Source: Candidatus Poseidoniaceae archaeon | GTDB taxonomy: Archaea; Thermoplasmatota; Poseidoniia; Poseidoniales; Poseidoniaceae | Length of the DNA stretch: 64,000 nt | Assembly: GCA_049616955.1 (NCBI GenBank) | Contig: JBMZIJ010000002.1 | Coordinates: forward strand, 25,972 to 89,971 | Direction of reading: 5' to 3' | Part shown: positions 53,399-62,481 of the stretch, one piece after another | Layout of the letters: every line of letters begins with the position of its first letter | How positions within the stretch are numbered: position 1 is the stretch's first letter | The notes under the pieces: model-generated | Database searches by the model: none | The model's input: the letters and a program-made list of their open reading frames with translations, nothing else | Told to the model about the DNA's origin: nothing | Translations under genes and position numbers: made by a program

Positions 53399-55126
53399 CT
53401 ACTCTTCTCCATCAATAGCAGTGTCTGCTTTACCGGAAGAGATAACAACGGACTTGATGGCAGAGATGATTTCCCCGGCGTCATCGTCGACCAACGCTTC
53501 CGCTGGTGATTTTCCTTTGGCACGTCCCCGGGAATATTGAGCGATAATGCCAATGAGAGCGATACAGGTGAGAGCAATCTTCCACGTTGTTCCACCGTCT
53601 TCCCCGCCAACAACATAGACAAGGAGCATGTAGAACGTGACGATAAAGGTAGAGAGAATCATAACAGGGAATCCGGCTCTGAAAAATTCATTGAAAGAAA
53701 TCGGATAACCCGCTTCTTCGGACAGGCCAGCGGTTACGACGTTTGCGGAGGCTCCAATGAGCGTACCGTTTCCACCAAGACAAGCACCGAAAGCCAATGC
53801 CCAAATCAACGGCCCGAGATCAAGACTGAGTTCAACAGACAACGAAAGGACGATTGGAATCATTGTTGCTGTGTAAGGAATGTTGTCAATGAAAGCCGAG
53901 GCAATGGCTGAAACCCATAGTATGATGACGACGGCAGCAGCAAGCCTGTACTCTTCACTAAACGCTTCGATACCCTTCTGGACAAAACTACCGATGTAAT
54001 CGATGACGCCCATGTACTGAAGTGAGTGGACGAGAACGAACAATCCGGCAAAGAAGAGAAGTGTCGTCCATTCAACATGCTCCAAAGGCTCCTCGAGTTC
54101 ATGAGGGTTCGTGGCAAGGAGCATGATAACCGCCCCTGCGAGTGCTACCCAAGATACGGCGATGTGAACAACAGGATGCAAAAAGAATCCGATAATGACC
54201 AAGCAGAGGATGGTACCACTTACTTTGAGACCCTTCATGTCTTTGATGGCATATTGGCGCTCGAGTTCAGTGATGTCACGATCTCGTCGACCACTAAACT
54301 CGTCCTTGTATAGCCAGCGAATGAGCATGAATGATGGGACGATTGTCAGCAGAATACCAGGTGCCATCTCGATGATGAAGTCGTTGAATGTGACACCCTC
54401 TGATGCAAGGGCAGCAATCTCAGCATTTTTGTTTCCTTCGATTGCAGAAGGAGACATCGCAGATCCGATCATAATGTTTGGAGGATCTCCAATCATCGTT
54501 GCTGCACCACCAATGTTCGAAAACAAGACTTCCGAAATGAGGATGGGTATCGGCTTCACATCCAGTACCTTTGCAATCTGAATTGTGACTGGAGTCAGCA
54601 GCAACATGGTTGTCACGTTGTCGAGGAATGCAGACAAGACTGCAGTCACAGCACAGAGAATAACAACAAGCGTCCATATTTCTCCTCCACTCTTCTTGTA
54701 GGCTTGAACAGCAAACCATTCGAACACGCCAGTGTGAGAAATGACGCCAACCATGACCATCATTCCGAGCAGAAGGCCAATGGTTTCCCAGTCGATCATT
54801 GTCGTGACAGCTTTCAAACTAAGTGTATCCTCAACAGAATAAAAATTCAGAGCAATAACGGCCAGCAGGCCTCCGAGTGCAGCGGCGAGTGTGCGGTGGA
54901 CGACTTCTGTAATGATGAGCGCATAAACGAACAAGAGGATTCCAAGTCCGACATAAACGGCCTGATTCTCCATTCCGTCCTTGACGGTAATACTCAGATT
55001 GATTCCATCTCCACCGCCAGCCGCAAATCCGCTTTGGACGAAGTACATCGCTCCTACGACAACCAAAGAAAGGAGTGCAATCAATTGCGCTGGATGTCGC
55101 CGTGAGAAAAGAAGACTACCGCCCAT
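53399..55126 (-). CDS. ArsB/NhaD-superfamily anion/citrate-type permease
   Basis: About 12 hydrophobic helices in two halves with a central hydrophilic segment. Overall resemblance to CitMHS/ArsB permeases. Family call tentative. Confidence 0.5.
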   Translation of the reverse strand: MGGSLLFSRRHPAQLIALLSLVVVGAMYFVQSGFAAGGGDGINLSITVKDGMENQAVYVGLGILLFVYALIITEVVHRTLAAALGGLLAVIALNFYSVEDTLSLKAVTTMIDWETIGLLLGMMVMVGVISHTGVFEWFAVQAYKKSGGEIWTLVVILCAVTAVLSAFLDNVTTMLLLTPVTIQIAKVLDVKPIPILISEVLFSNIGGAATMIGDPPNIMIGSAMSPSAIEGNKNAEIAALASEGVTFNDFIIEMAPGILLTIVPSFMLIRWLYKDEFSGRRDRDITELERQYAIKDMKGLKVSGTILCLVIIGFFLHPVVHIAVSWVALAGAVIMLLATNPHELEEPLEHVEWTTLLFFAGLFVLVHSLQYMGVIDYIGSFVQKGIEAFSEEYRLAAAVVIILWVSAIASAFIDNIPYTATMIPIVLSLSVELSLDLGPLIWALAFGACLGGNGTLIGASANVVTAGLSEEAGYPISFNEFFRAGFPVMILSTFIVTFYMLLVYVVGGEDGGTTWKIALTCIALIGIIAQYSRGRAKGKSPAEALVDDDAGEIISAIKSVVISSGKADTAIDGEE

Positions 55127-55174
55127 GAATGTTGGACTAACATGACCTTATTGAGCGTTGGGTTGATGTTTGGT

Positions 55175-55438
55175 TTAATTCTTCCAAAAAACAGCAACAT
55201 TTCCTCGAGCAAAAACAACCCGACTGGACGTTTGTTCAGCAAGATGGTTCCACACTTGTTTGAGATCATCTCGAGTGAACAGTCCACGATTGACCTTAGC
55301 CTTGACGAGGGATCTTGAGGCGAGTTGGCCATCCAATTCAACGACAACGGCTTCTGTTAACCCTGATTTTCCGATTCTCATCGTCACTGGCAACGAGGCA
55401 TCTTTTGCCTGACGAAGAATCGCATCGGGAATTGTCAT
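55175..55438 (-). CDS. YhbY/CRM-domain RNA-binding protein
   Basis: LRQAKDASLPVTMRIGKSGLTEAVVVELD…KVKV matches the GxxG CRM fold. Start re-set to the ATG at 55438 (87 aa). Confidence 0.6.
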   Translation of the reverse strand: MTIPDAILRQAKDASLPVTMRIGKSGLTEAVVVELDGQLASRSLVKAKVNRGLFTRDDLKQVWNHLAEQTSSRVVFARGNVAVFWKN

Positions 55439-55767
55439 AAAGAAGCCCCATTGGTTGATTTGTACGGCACTCTTCTCGTGTAGCCACAGGCATGGCAACA
55501 ATAGATTTTGTAACCGTTTCGAAAACGTATTCGGCTGGTCGTGCCATGAATGAAAAGTGTTGAACATTTTCGACAAATGACTTCCTTCGACTGGTTTGAC
55601 AACCGAAGGCGATGTCGACGTGAGATTTTAAACAAATGATTCGCATAGATTTGGCGATGTTCCAGTGTATGGTTAGGAACATCGTAGAGCATTGACAGCA
55701 AACGATCACGAGAATGAAGAGCATGTTGCCTTCGCTTGTCTCGTTGTCGCTGACGTCGACGGCTCAT
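55435..55767 (-). CDS. rnp4: Ribonuclease P protein component 4 (Rpp21)
   Basis: Arg-rich N-terminus and zinc ribbon CRKCSTLFIHG…CCHACGYTRRVPY. Confidence 0.75.
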   Translation of the reverse strand: MSRRRQRQRDKRRQHALHSRDRLLSMLYDVPNHTLEHRQIYANHLFKISRRHRLRLSNQSKEVICRKCSTLFIHGTTSRIRFRNGYKIYCCHACGYTRRVPYKSTNGASL

Positions 55768-55778
55768 TCATGAACACC

Positions 55779-56405
55779 TCAATCAAGAGCCTTGAGAAGA
55801 TCGGTTGTAATCAGATCAATGTCACGATCGCCGTCAACCACCTTGAAGAGGCCGGATTCTTCGTAGAATGTGGCAAGAGGGGCTGTTTGCTCATGATAGG
55901 CTTGCAACCTGGCAACGACGGTTTCTTCAGTATCATCAGCCCTACGCTTTTCTGAAAACGCTCCACATTCACACCCTTCATCTGAAATCGGATTGAAAGT
56001 GTCATGGTAAACAACACCGCAATTCCCACAACTGTAACGTCCACAGATTCGCTCAACGATGCGCTCATCTGGAACATCGATGGCTAAGACAATGGAAACA
56101 TCAACGATTTTTGCGAGCGCCTGCGCCTGAGGGACAGTCCGTGGGAACCCATCAAACATGACACCATGTTGAGCATCATCTTCTTTCATTCTGTCTTTGA
56201 TCAAATCGATGATGACTTGGTCAGGAACAAGCGCTCCTGCATCCATGTATTTCTTTGCTTCCAAACCTACGCTTGTTTTTGCCTTCACAGCAGCACGCAA
56301 CATGTCACCTGTCGAGACTTGAGGCAGTCCTGTTGCATCCATCATGCGTTGGGCTTGTGTTCCTTTTCCAGCGCCAGGTGGTCCAAACAAAACAATGTTG
56401 AGCAT
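55779..56405 (-). CDS. adk: Adenylate kinase (long form with Zn-binding lid)
   Basis: P-loop FGPPGAGKGTQ and lid CGRYSCGNCG…C.CG. Confidence 0.9.
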   Translation of the reverse strand: MLNIVLFGPPGAGKGTQAQRMMDATGLPQVSTGDMLRAAVKAKTSVGLEAKKYMDAGALVPDQVIIDLIKDRMKEDDAQHGVMFDGFPRTVPQAQALAKIVDVSIVLAIDVPDERIVERICGRYSCGNCGVVYHDTFNPISDEGCECGAFSEKRRADDTEETVVARLQAYHEQTAPLATFYEESGLFKVVDGDRDIDLITTDLLKALD

Positions 56406-56438
56406 GCTTCAACGTTCCGTATCATCCATTTGAACGTA

Positions 56439-59400
56439 TCACTTCAACCCCATGCGTTGAAGGTATTGCTCTCCATAATGTTGCCACTGTTCCATTGTCC
56501 ATCCGTTTGGAAGGCCTCCGGGGGGCAAAGGAGGTCCAGTCGGGAGAGGCGGCACCTCTTTCACTGGAGCCGGAGGTAATCCTGCTGGAGGTAATCCTGC
56601 AGGAGGTAACCCCGCAGGGGGCAGCCCTGCTGGTGGAAGTCCCGCTGGAGGCAATCCTGCTGGCAATGATGGCTGTGGTAGAGGCATGTCCATCGATTGC
56701 GCTAATGCAGCGGCAATCTCATCTTGAGACACCTCGCCTGAGGCAAGGTCATTCACAGAGTGACTGATATCCAAGGCCTCATCTCGCCGCGTCCCTAGAT
56801 GGTCTGGATTTGTATGTGCGTCAGGGGAAACTAAATCCGTTCCTGAATCACTGACTTTTGCCGATGACTTCAATCGACGAGCACCAACAATCAAGGCAAC
56901 AGCAAACAACCCAAGCAGTGGATAGGCAATAATTGGAGACATATTGAGTAACCCACCACTGGATTGCTGTGCACTTACACTTGTATCTGCTGAGAATTCG
57001 ATGACGACATCTGCATCAGAAGTGAAGATCAGAACCAGTTGATATCGCCCATCACTTGCATCCGTGTCCGGTTTTACCTTTCCAACGATTTCAATAGATT
57101 GTCCAACAGCCAAATCAGAGATGCTTGATGGAGAAACGCTTGCTTTCCTATCGGAGAGAATCTCACCATCTGAAGTCCGCACTTCCGCCCGTAGCGTACC
57201 ACTCAACGGGAGGTTGCCTTCGTTCACAAGAACAAACGATTGCTGAGCGGAACCTCCTCGTGGAATGAAGAGGAGCGGCGCTTCGGAAGAGTCTGTCGAA
57301 AAGCCTGCAAATTCACTCGATGGAACTTCAACTCGGAGCACCAATTCGCTCGTAACGTATCGGCCATCATTGCTCGCATTGACGTAGAGAGGAAGATCAA
57401 ACCCTTCCCCGGCGCTTGTTTGGTTTGGAGGTCGTATCGCCACAATGACATTTGCCTGAGACAAGACTTCAACGCTGGAAGGAGGGTTGGCGTAATTGAC
57501 AGTCCAACCATCAGGTGCTAGCCCGTAACTCCAATCCAGATCGAGATCAGCGTTTCCTGAATTGGTTACAATGAGGTTTACGAACGTGAAATTCTCACCG
57601 ATTGTCGCCGAAACGACACCACCATCATCAACCTGTTCGAGTTGAACATCGAGGTTATCGGAAACAATCAATGAGGTTGTGTTCAGCGTAAAGTACTGAG
57701 AATTGTGCTCAACCCTTAGCGTGTAGGTGTTTGAATTTCCTTCACGTGCGGTTTCAGGAACCAGTAACATAAGTTCGACATTCGCTGATTGACCCGCAGC
57801 AAGGTTCAACGTCAAACTTGTTGAACTCGATGCATCAAGATACGACATTTGAGCGGCCCATGAAGGATTACCACGTTCGAGTGTCACGGTGAAATCCATG
57901 TCCGTGTTACCGTTGTTTGAGATGCTATGATTGTAGTAAACGACCTCTCCTGTGTCAGCATACACTGGAGTTGCGAGTGCACCTGGGCCAATCGCCCCTG
58001 ATGGACCGTAGAGATCGGATTTGAACGAACGCAATTCAGCGACGGCTACATTGACAACCTCAACGTGATTCAACGTAGGATCAGTAGGTGAGGTCACGAC
58101 ACATGTCACTTGATCATTGAAACCAGCAGATGGTTGGCCGTTGGTTACACTTGGTACAAACACGTTGACGTCCATTGAAAGATCTTGCAAAATATTGAGC
58201 GGTTCAAACTCAAGGGTCGAAGAATTGGAATTGCCAAGCATAATTTGCCATTGCGATGCAGAACTGCACGACATGGTGTATTGAGCTGCTGAATTTCCGG
58301 TGTTTCGAACACCGATTGAAAAGCCTGTGCTGTCACCAGGTTGTGCTTGTACTCCGACCGTTCCAGAAGGAACGACATCTACGGAATCAACTTGTTCGAT
58401 TGTGAATGTGAGACGCTGTGTGTGGGAAACTGTGGGTTGATTTTGGTAACGTGCCGTGACATCAACCACAAAGGTACCTGCACGAGCAAATCGCTCGGTT
58501 GAGGCATCCAATGTGGCCGATAAGTCCTCTAAGTCCAACTGGAGATAGACCGTATCGTTTTCAGTTCCTTGTCCACTGAGCGTGAACGGACCTGAATCAT
58601 TGACTGTTCGAGACCATTGGTCTTCAGGACTGTTCAAGATTGCGGGGTAAATCAGGTCGGGTTCTTGAACGCCTGAAACCGTCAGACTTACTGGACGTTC
58701 GCCCGTACCTTCATGCACAACGACAAATGGGAGGGATAAGCCGGTTTCATTTCGAACATCCATCGCAACAGTTGCTGCAGCCTCCCTCTCCGAAGAAGAT
58801 TGTGGAATTGAACCGTCCTCATCAAGGAAGATGACTCTTAACCCTTGGGCTGTCACTTCGATATCGATCTCCAAAACGTTGTTGTTCGTGCCTGAAACGC
58901 CATCGTTTAATTCTACGACCTGATTGTTCGTATCAAGAGAAAGTCGTAACGTGTGGATGCCAGTTGTAGAAAATTGTGTGAAGAAAGATACGGAATCGAG
59001 TTCCCCGCCTTCAAGTGATGAACGGTTGGAATCGTAAAGGATTGAACCTGCGGTTACATCTTCCAACTGAACACGGTAACTGCCTGAAGCAAGCGTTCCT
59101 TGATTGTGCCACGCGAGGGATACCGAAACGAGGTCACCAACGAGCGGCGTAAATGATGATGGCAAAATGCTGTTCCCAAATGTTGTCAAATCTGCTTTCG
59201 GAATGAGCGTAGCATCTGCAGCCATGACGATGCTAAAGCGTTGATTCCCACCTCCGCGATGTTCAACCATCACCATCCATTCACCGTTTTGTGTGCTGGT
59301 TCCTGCTGGCAATCGGATTCGTTCGATGTTGTTCACGTCATCAGCAGTACCGCCAACGACAGAGACGCCATTGGCGAAATTATTCCCCACGTATGTTGTT

Positions 59401-61271
59401 CCATCTGGAGCCAACAAGATGAGATCGAGATCGTTCATAAGACGGGCTTCACCCTGTGGTGCATTGGCACTTCCTTCCACATCGCTCCAAGCGAGGGTAA
59501 GATCGATACCCTTGGAGGCGTCAATGTTGAATGAGTACAAAAGTGAGAAACCTGCCTGTAATTCGCGAGAATCATCATGGAACATATCCAAAGGCGTACC
59601 GGAAAAGCTCGGTGCTAGACTGTTTTCAAGGTCGATTTGTCCCCAACCCTCGTAGTTGTTTGGGATGTCTGGAGTTCCCAGATCCTCCGCACCATTCACG
59701 AGCGTTGCTTTGATGAGACTCGCTGAAGGTTTGTTAATACCAGCAACTTCTCGCAGATATTCTCGTGCAAGGGCTGCTGATCCACCTGCAACTGCAGTGG
59801 CTTGCGAGGTTCCGCTCAATTCCATGTACAGTGAACGAGAATTGCTGTGCGTTCCAGTCGCACAGACTGAACCAACGGGATTCTTGGCTTCTTCAGCCCG
59901 TGCAGAACAAATTCCTTCACCAGGTGCGACTAAATCGGGTTTGATACGACCGTCCAAGGTTGGACCTTGGGATGAAGAAGGGCTGACACTCCCGTTGTGA
60001 CTTGAACCGATTGAAAGAACGTTCTTTGCCGTCCCAGGAGCAGTGACTTTCGATGCACCCGATGCTCCATTGTCACCAACCGAAAAGACTGGAAGCAGGA
60101 ATTGGTTGTTTGAAACGTATTGATCAGCCGAACGTGAATCCGCTGTGTAATATCCAAAGTTGCCATTCGAACCCCATGCATTGACTGCAATTCGTGCTGT
60201 TTTGAGTTCAGCATCAGAAAGCAAGTCGTAAATTGAACCTTGGCGACCGAAATAACCTGTCGGGTCGTGTTCGAGTGCATACATGACCAGGTTGGCATCT
60301 GGGGCGATTCCAGTAGTCGACGAATCACCGCTTCCGTCACCGAGGACGGTCATGACGATGTGTGTGCCGTGACCGCTATTGCTATCGATAGGGGACGAAT
60401 CAAGTCCATACTGTGTGTTGATGGCTGCAATGCGACCCAATATGTCGGGATGGTCGTTATCGAGACCTGTATCCATAACAGCAATCGTTTCTCCAGAACC
60501 ATCCAAACCGAGCGAGTTCGTTGCTCGGACTGCGACTGCACCGACTTCAGTTGCTGCGAGATTGTTATGGAGTGAGAGATCGTAAGCACGTTCGATGAAG
60601 TAGACATCATCGTGCATTGCAATCATACGGAGTTGATTTGATTGAAGGCCATGTTCAAACAAAGCCTCACACATGTCAACAGAGCACCATGCGGATGTTG
60701 CCCCGTTCTGAATCAGTTGAACAGTGATTTCTGCAACATCGGATGATTCGATATCGCTGGTCAACGTTACCTGAATGAGGTGAGCGCCTAACGCATCGTT
60801 TGTTGTTCGCATATATGGCTCATAGGCGCCAATCCAGCGCACGTCTTTGTTTGCCGAAATTTGATCGATTTGGGATTGGTCGTCAATCCTTGAAATGTAA
60901 ACACCTGGACTTTGTCGTTCGAGGACTTCAAGGTCGTACTCCGATTCCAATGTATTGATAATTGCACCATCGTTGATGGAAAGTTGAATCATGTACAGGG
61001 ATGTCGAACCTCCAGTACTCCAAGCAGTGTTCAAATTGCTCAAGTCTGTGGAAAGTGGATCAAATGAAAATCCTGCGAGGTCGATTGTCGTTGGAATTTC
61101 TTTCACAACAATGGAACGTTTGGAGATAGGGTCGATGGATTGCCATTGAGAATCATGCTCTTGAGTTACTTCTACGTCTTCTACCACTCGAGATGTTGAA
61201 GATGCCATCGGCAACGCTAGCGAAAAAAGGAAGATGGACAACAGGAGAAAACACCTGCGACGTAGATGCAT
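56439..61271 (-). CDS. Giant membrane-anchored subtilisin-like protease (1610 aa) with multiple Ig/CARDB-like domains and a PAGLP-repeat cytoplasmic tail
   Basis: Signal peptide, VMDTGLDNDHPD (Asp), HGTHIVMTVLGDG (His), GTSQATAVAGGSAALAREYL (Ser), C-terminal TM PIIAYPLLGLFAVALIVGA, then seven PAGLP repeats. Confidence 0.8.
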   Translation of the reverse strand: MHLRRRCFLLLSIFLFSLALPMASSTSRVVEDVEVTQEHDSQWQSIDPISKRSIVVKEIPTTIDLAGFSFDPLSTDLSNLNTAWSTGGSTSLYMIQLSINDGAIINTLESEYDLEVLERQSPGVYISRIDDQSQIDQISANKDVRWIGAYEPYMRTTNDALGAHLIQVTLTSDIESSDVAEITVQLIQNGATSAWCSVDMCEALFEHGLQSNQLRMIAMHDDVYFIERAYDLSLHNNLAATEVGAVAVRATNSLGLDGSGETIAVMDTGLDNDHPDILGRIAAINTQYGLDSSPIDSNSGHGTHIVMTVLGDGSGDSSTTGIAPDANLVMYALEHDPTGYFGRQGSIYDLLSDAELKTARIAVNAWGSNGNFGYYTADSRSADQYVSNNQFLLPVFSVGDNGASGASKVTAPGTAKNVLSIGSSHNGSVSPSSSQGPTLDGRIKPDLVAPGEGICSARAEEAKNPVGSVCATGTHSNSRSLYMELSGTSQATAVAGGSAALAREYLREVAGINKPSASLIKATLVNGAEDLGTPDIPNNYEGWGQIDLENSLAPSFSGTPLDMFHDDSRELQAGFSLLYSFNIDASKGIDLTLAWSDVEGSANAPQGEARLMNDLDLILLAPDGTTYVGNNFANGVSVVGGTADDVNNIERIRLPAGTSTQNGEWMVMVEHRGGGNQRFSIVMAADATLIPKADLTTFGNSILPSSFTPLVGDLVSVSLAWHNQGTLASGSYRVQLEDVTAGSILYDSNRSSLEGGELDSVSFFTQFSTTGIHTLRLSLDTNNQVVELNDGVSGTNNNVLEIDIEVTAQGLRVIFLDEDGSIPQSSSEREAAATVAMDVRNETGLSLPFVVVHEGTGERPVSLTVSGVQEPDLIYPAILNSPEDQWSRTVNDSGPFTLSGQGTENDTVYLQLDLEDLSATLDASTERFARAGTFVVDVTARYQNQPTVSHTQRLTFTIEQVDSVDVVPSGTVGVQAQPGDSTGFSIGVRNTGNSAAQYTMSCSSASQWQIMLGNSNSSTLEFEPLNILQDLSMDVNVFVPSVTNGQPSAGFNDQVTCVVTSPTDPTLNHVEVVNVAVAELRSFKSDLYGPSGAIGPGALATPVYADTGEVVYYNHSISNNGNTDMDFTVTLERGNPSWAAQMSYLDASSSTSLTLNLAAGQSANVELMLLVPETAREGNSNTYTLRVEHNSQYFTLNTTSLIVSDNLDVQLEQVDDGGVVSATIGENFTFVNLIVTNSGNADLDLDWSYGLAPDGWTVNYANPPSSVEVLSQANVIVAIRPPNQTSAGEGFDLPLYVNASNDGRYVTSELVLRVEVPSSEFAGFSTDSSEAPLLFIPRGGSAQQSFVLVNEGNLPLSGTLRAEVRTSDGEILSDRKASVSPSSISDLAVGQSIEIVGKVKPDTDASDGRYQLVLIFTSDADVVIEFSADTSVSAQQSSGGLLNMSPIIAYPLLGLFAVALIVGARRLKSSAKVSDSGTDLVSPDAHTNPDHLGTRRDEALDISHSVNDLASGEVSQDEIAAALAQSMDMPLPQPSLPAGLPPAGLPPAGLPPAGLPPAGLPPAGLPPAPVKEVPPLPTGPPLPPGGLPNGWTMEQWQHYGEQYLQRMGLK
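56566..56670 (-). repeat. Seven imperfect 15-nt tandem repeats encoding PAGLP x7 inside the giant protease gene
   Basis: Units ggaggtaatcctgct / ggaggtaaccccgca / gggggcagccctgct … visible directly in the sequence. Confidence 0.8.
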
Positions 61272-61316
61272 AAACAGCCGACGCCAGTTGGGTTTTTGAG
61301 GATGCGCCTTTTTTGA

Positions 61317-62354
61317 CTACAATCCGTTGTAGGCTGCGATGGCCTCATCGGTCTTTTGAACCGATGTTTTCCAATCACTTTCTAGACCCATCAAGGCACG
61401 AATTGCGTCCACATTTTCTGGTATGACATCGGATTCTTGATGGATAGCTTGGAAGTAGTAGAGTGTGTTTCCATCGAGTTTGACCCCATCTTCCCAGACA
61501 AAGATTTCATGCAGGTCGCCCCATTTTCTACCAATGTCTCTTGAGAACTCCATGACTTCTGCTGTGGTTGTTATGCCTGTTTCCGCTCCGTTCATGATCA
61601 GAACACGTGGTTGTTGAGCCCACAACTCAAGAACAGATTCAGTACTCATCCCGTGACCATCAGGCAACGTTGCAACGATCGCATGAACGTGCATGATGGT
61701 TGTAGGAACGGCAACAGCCATCGAATTTATCGCAATTTCAGGACGAATGGTCATCACGTCAGGACCATGGTGACTTGGCACCTTAAGCACAGGCTTAATC
61801 GCATTGATTGGCCCCTTACTTGAGTCGCCAGGATCTGCTGCTCTTCGGATCATGGTGCACTCAACGGAGAGGGAGCCACAAGCATGAAGCAATGGAACAA
61901 GCGTTCGGGAAAGCCCCGTTGTGTTGCATGATACAACACGTGTTCCTTCGACGTTCATATTTTCGGCATGATTGCCGCTCGAGGTGTAGGACATTTCCGT
62001 CATTGCATGTTTTTCACCGCCCTGGAAAATCCATTTTACACCAGCTTTCTGGTAGATCTCTTTGTTCTGGGCTCCTACTTTTCCAGGAGAACAATCGATA
62101 ACGATATCGGCCACAGAGAGTAGATCGCTCAATCCTCCTTTACAATCGTATCCTGCAGGCCCAAAGGCTGCAATTTTGTCGTCTGCGTCGTATGTGCAGT
62201 ACAATGGGTAACCCTTTCGAACGGCGAGGTCGCATCCGAACGAGGGACGGGTCTTGGTCACACCGATGATTTCCATGTCATCTTGTGCATCGATTGCGTC
62301 CGCAACACGTTTCCCAATTGTCCCATATCCGTTGATTGCCACCTTGACGACCAT
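61317..62354 (-). CDS. gap: Glyceraldehyde-3-phosphate dehydrogenase, archaeal type II
   Basis: MVVKVAINGYGTIGKRVADA and active-site VVSCNTTGL. ATG at 62354. Confidence 0.9.
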   Translation of the reverse strand: MVVKVAINGYGTIGKRVADAIDAQDDMEIIGVTKTRPSFGCDLAVRKGYPLYCTYDADDKIAAFGPAGYDCKGGLSDLLSVADIVIDCSPGKVGAQNKEIYQKAGVKWIFQGGEKHAMTEMSYTSSGNHAENMNVEGTRVVSCNTTGLSRTLVPLLHACGSLSVECTMIRRAADPGDSSKGPINAIKPVLKVPSHHGPDVMTIRPEIAINSMAVAVPTTIMHVHAIVATLPDGHGMSTESVLELWAQQPRVLIMNGAETGITTTAEVMEFSRDIGRKWGDLHEIFVWEDGVKLDGNTLYYFQAIHQESDVIPENVDAIRALMGLESDWKTSVQKTDEAIAAYNGL

Positions 62355-62385
62355 ACTGCTCAAACATCCGGCATGGCTGAACATC

Positions 62386-62393
62386 CATAAACA
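62386..62393 (-). promoter_or_regulatory. Putative TATA-like box for gap, implying a short or absent leader
   Basis: Minus-strand GTTTATGG centred about 35 nt upstream of the gap ATG. Prediction from spacing only. Confidence 0.25.
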
Positions 62394-62481
62394 GTTCGTG
62401 AGACAACAATGAGGATAGAATTCATCATTTTCCAGTTCAAGAAGGAGAGGGTATTTGACCGACAGTTGACACCGAAGAAAC

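Noticed and set aside
55338-55724. 128-aa minus ORF overlapping rnp4 and yhbY in another frame
   Set aside because: The Rpp21 zinc-ribbon frame and YhbY frame are the conserved ones. This ORF is an alternative-frame artefact.
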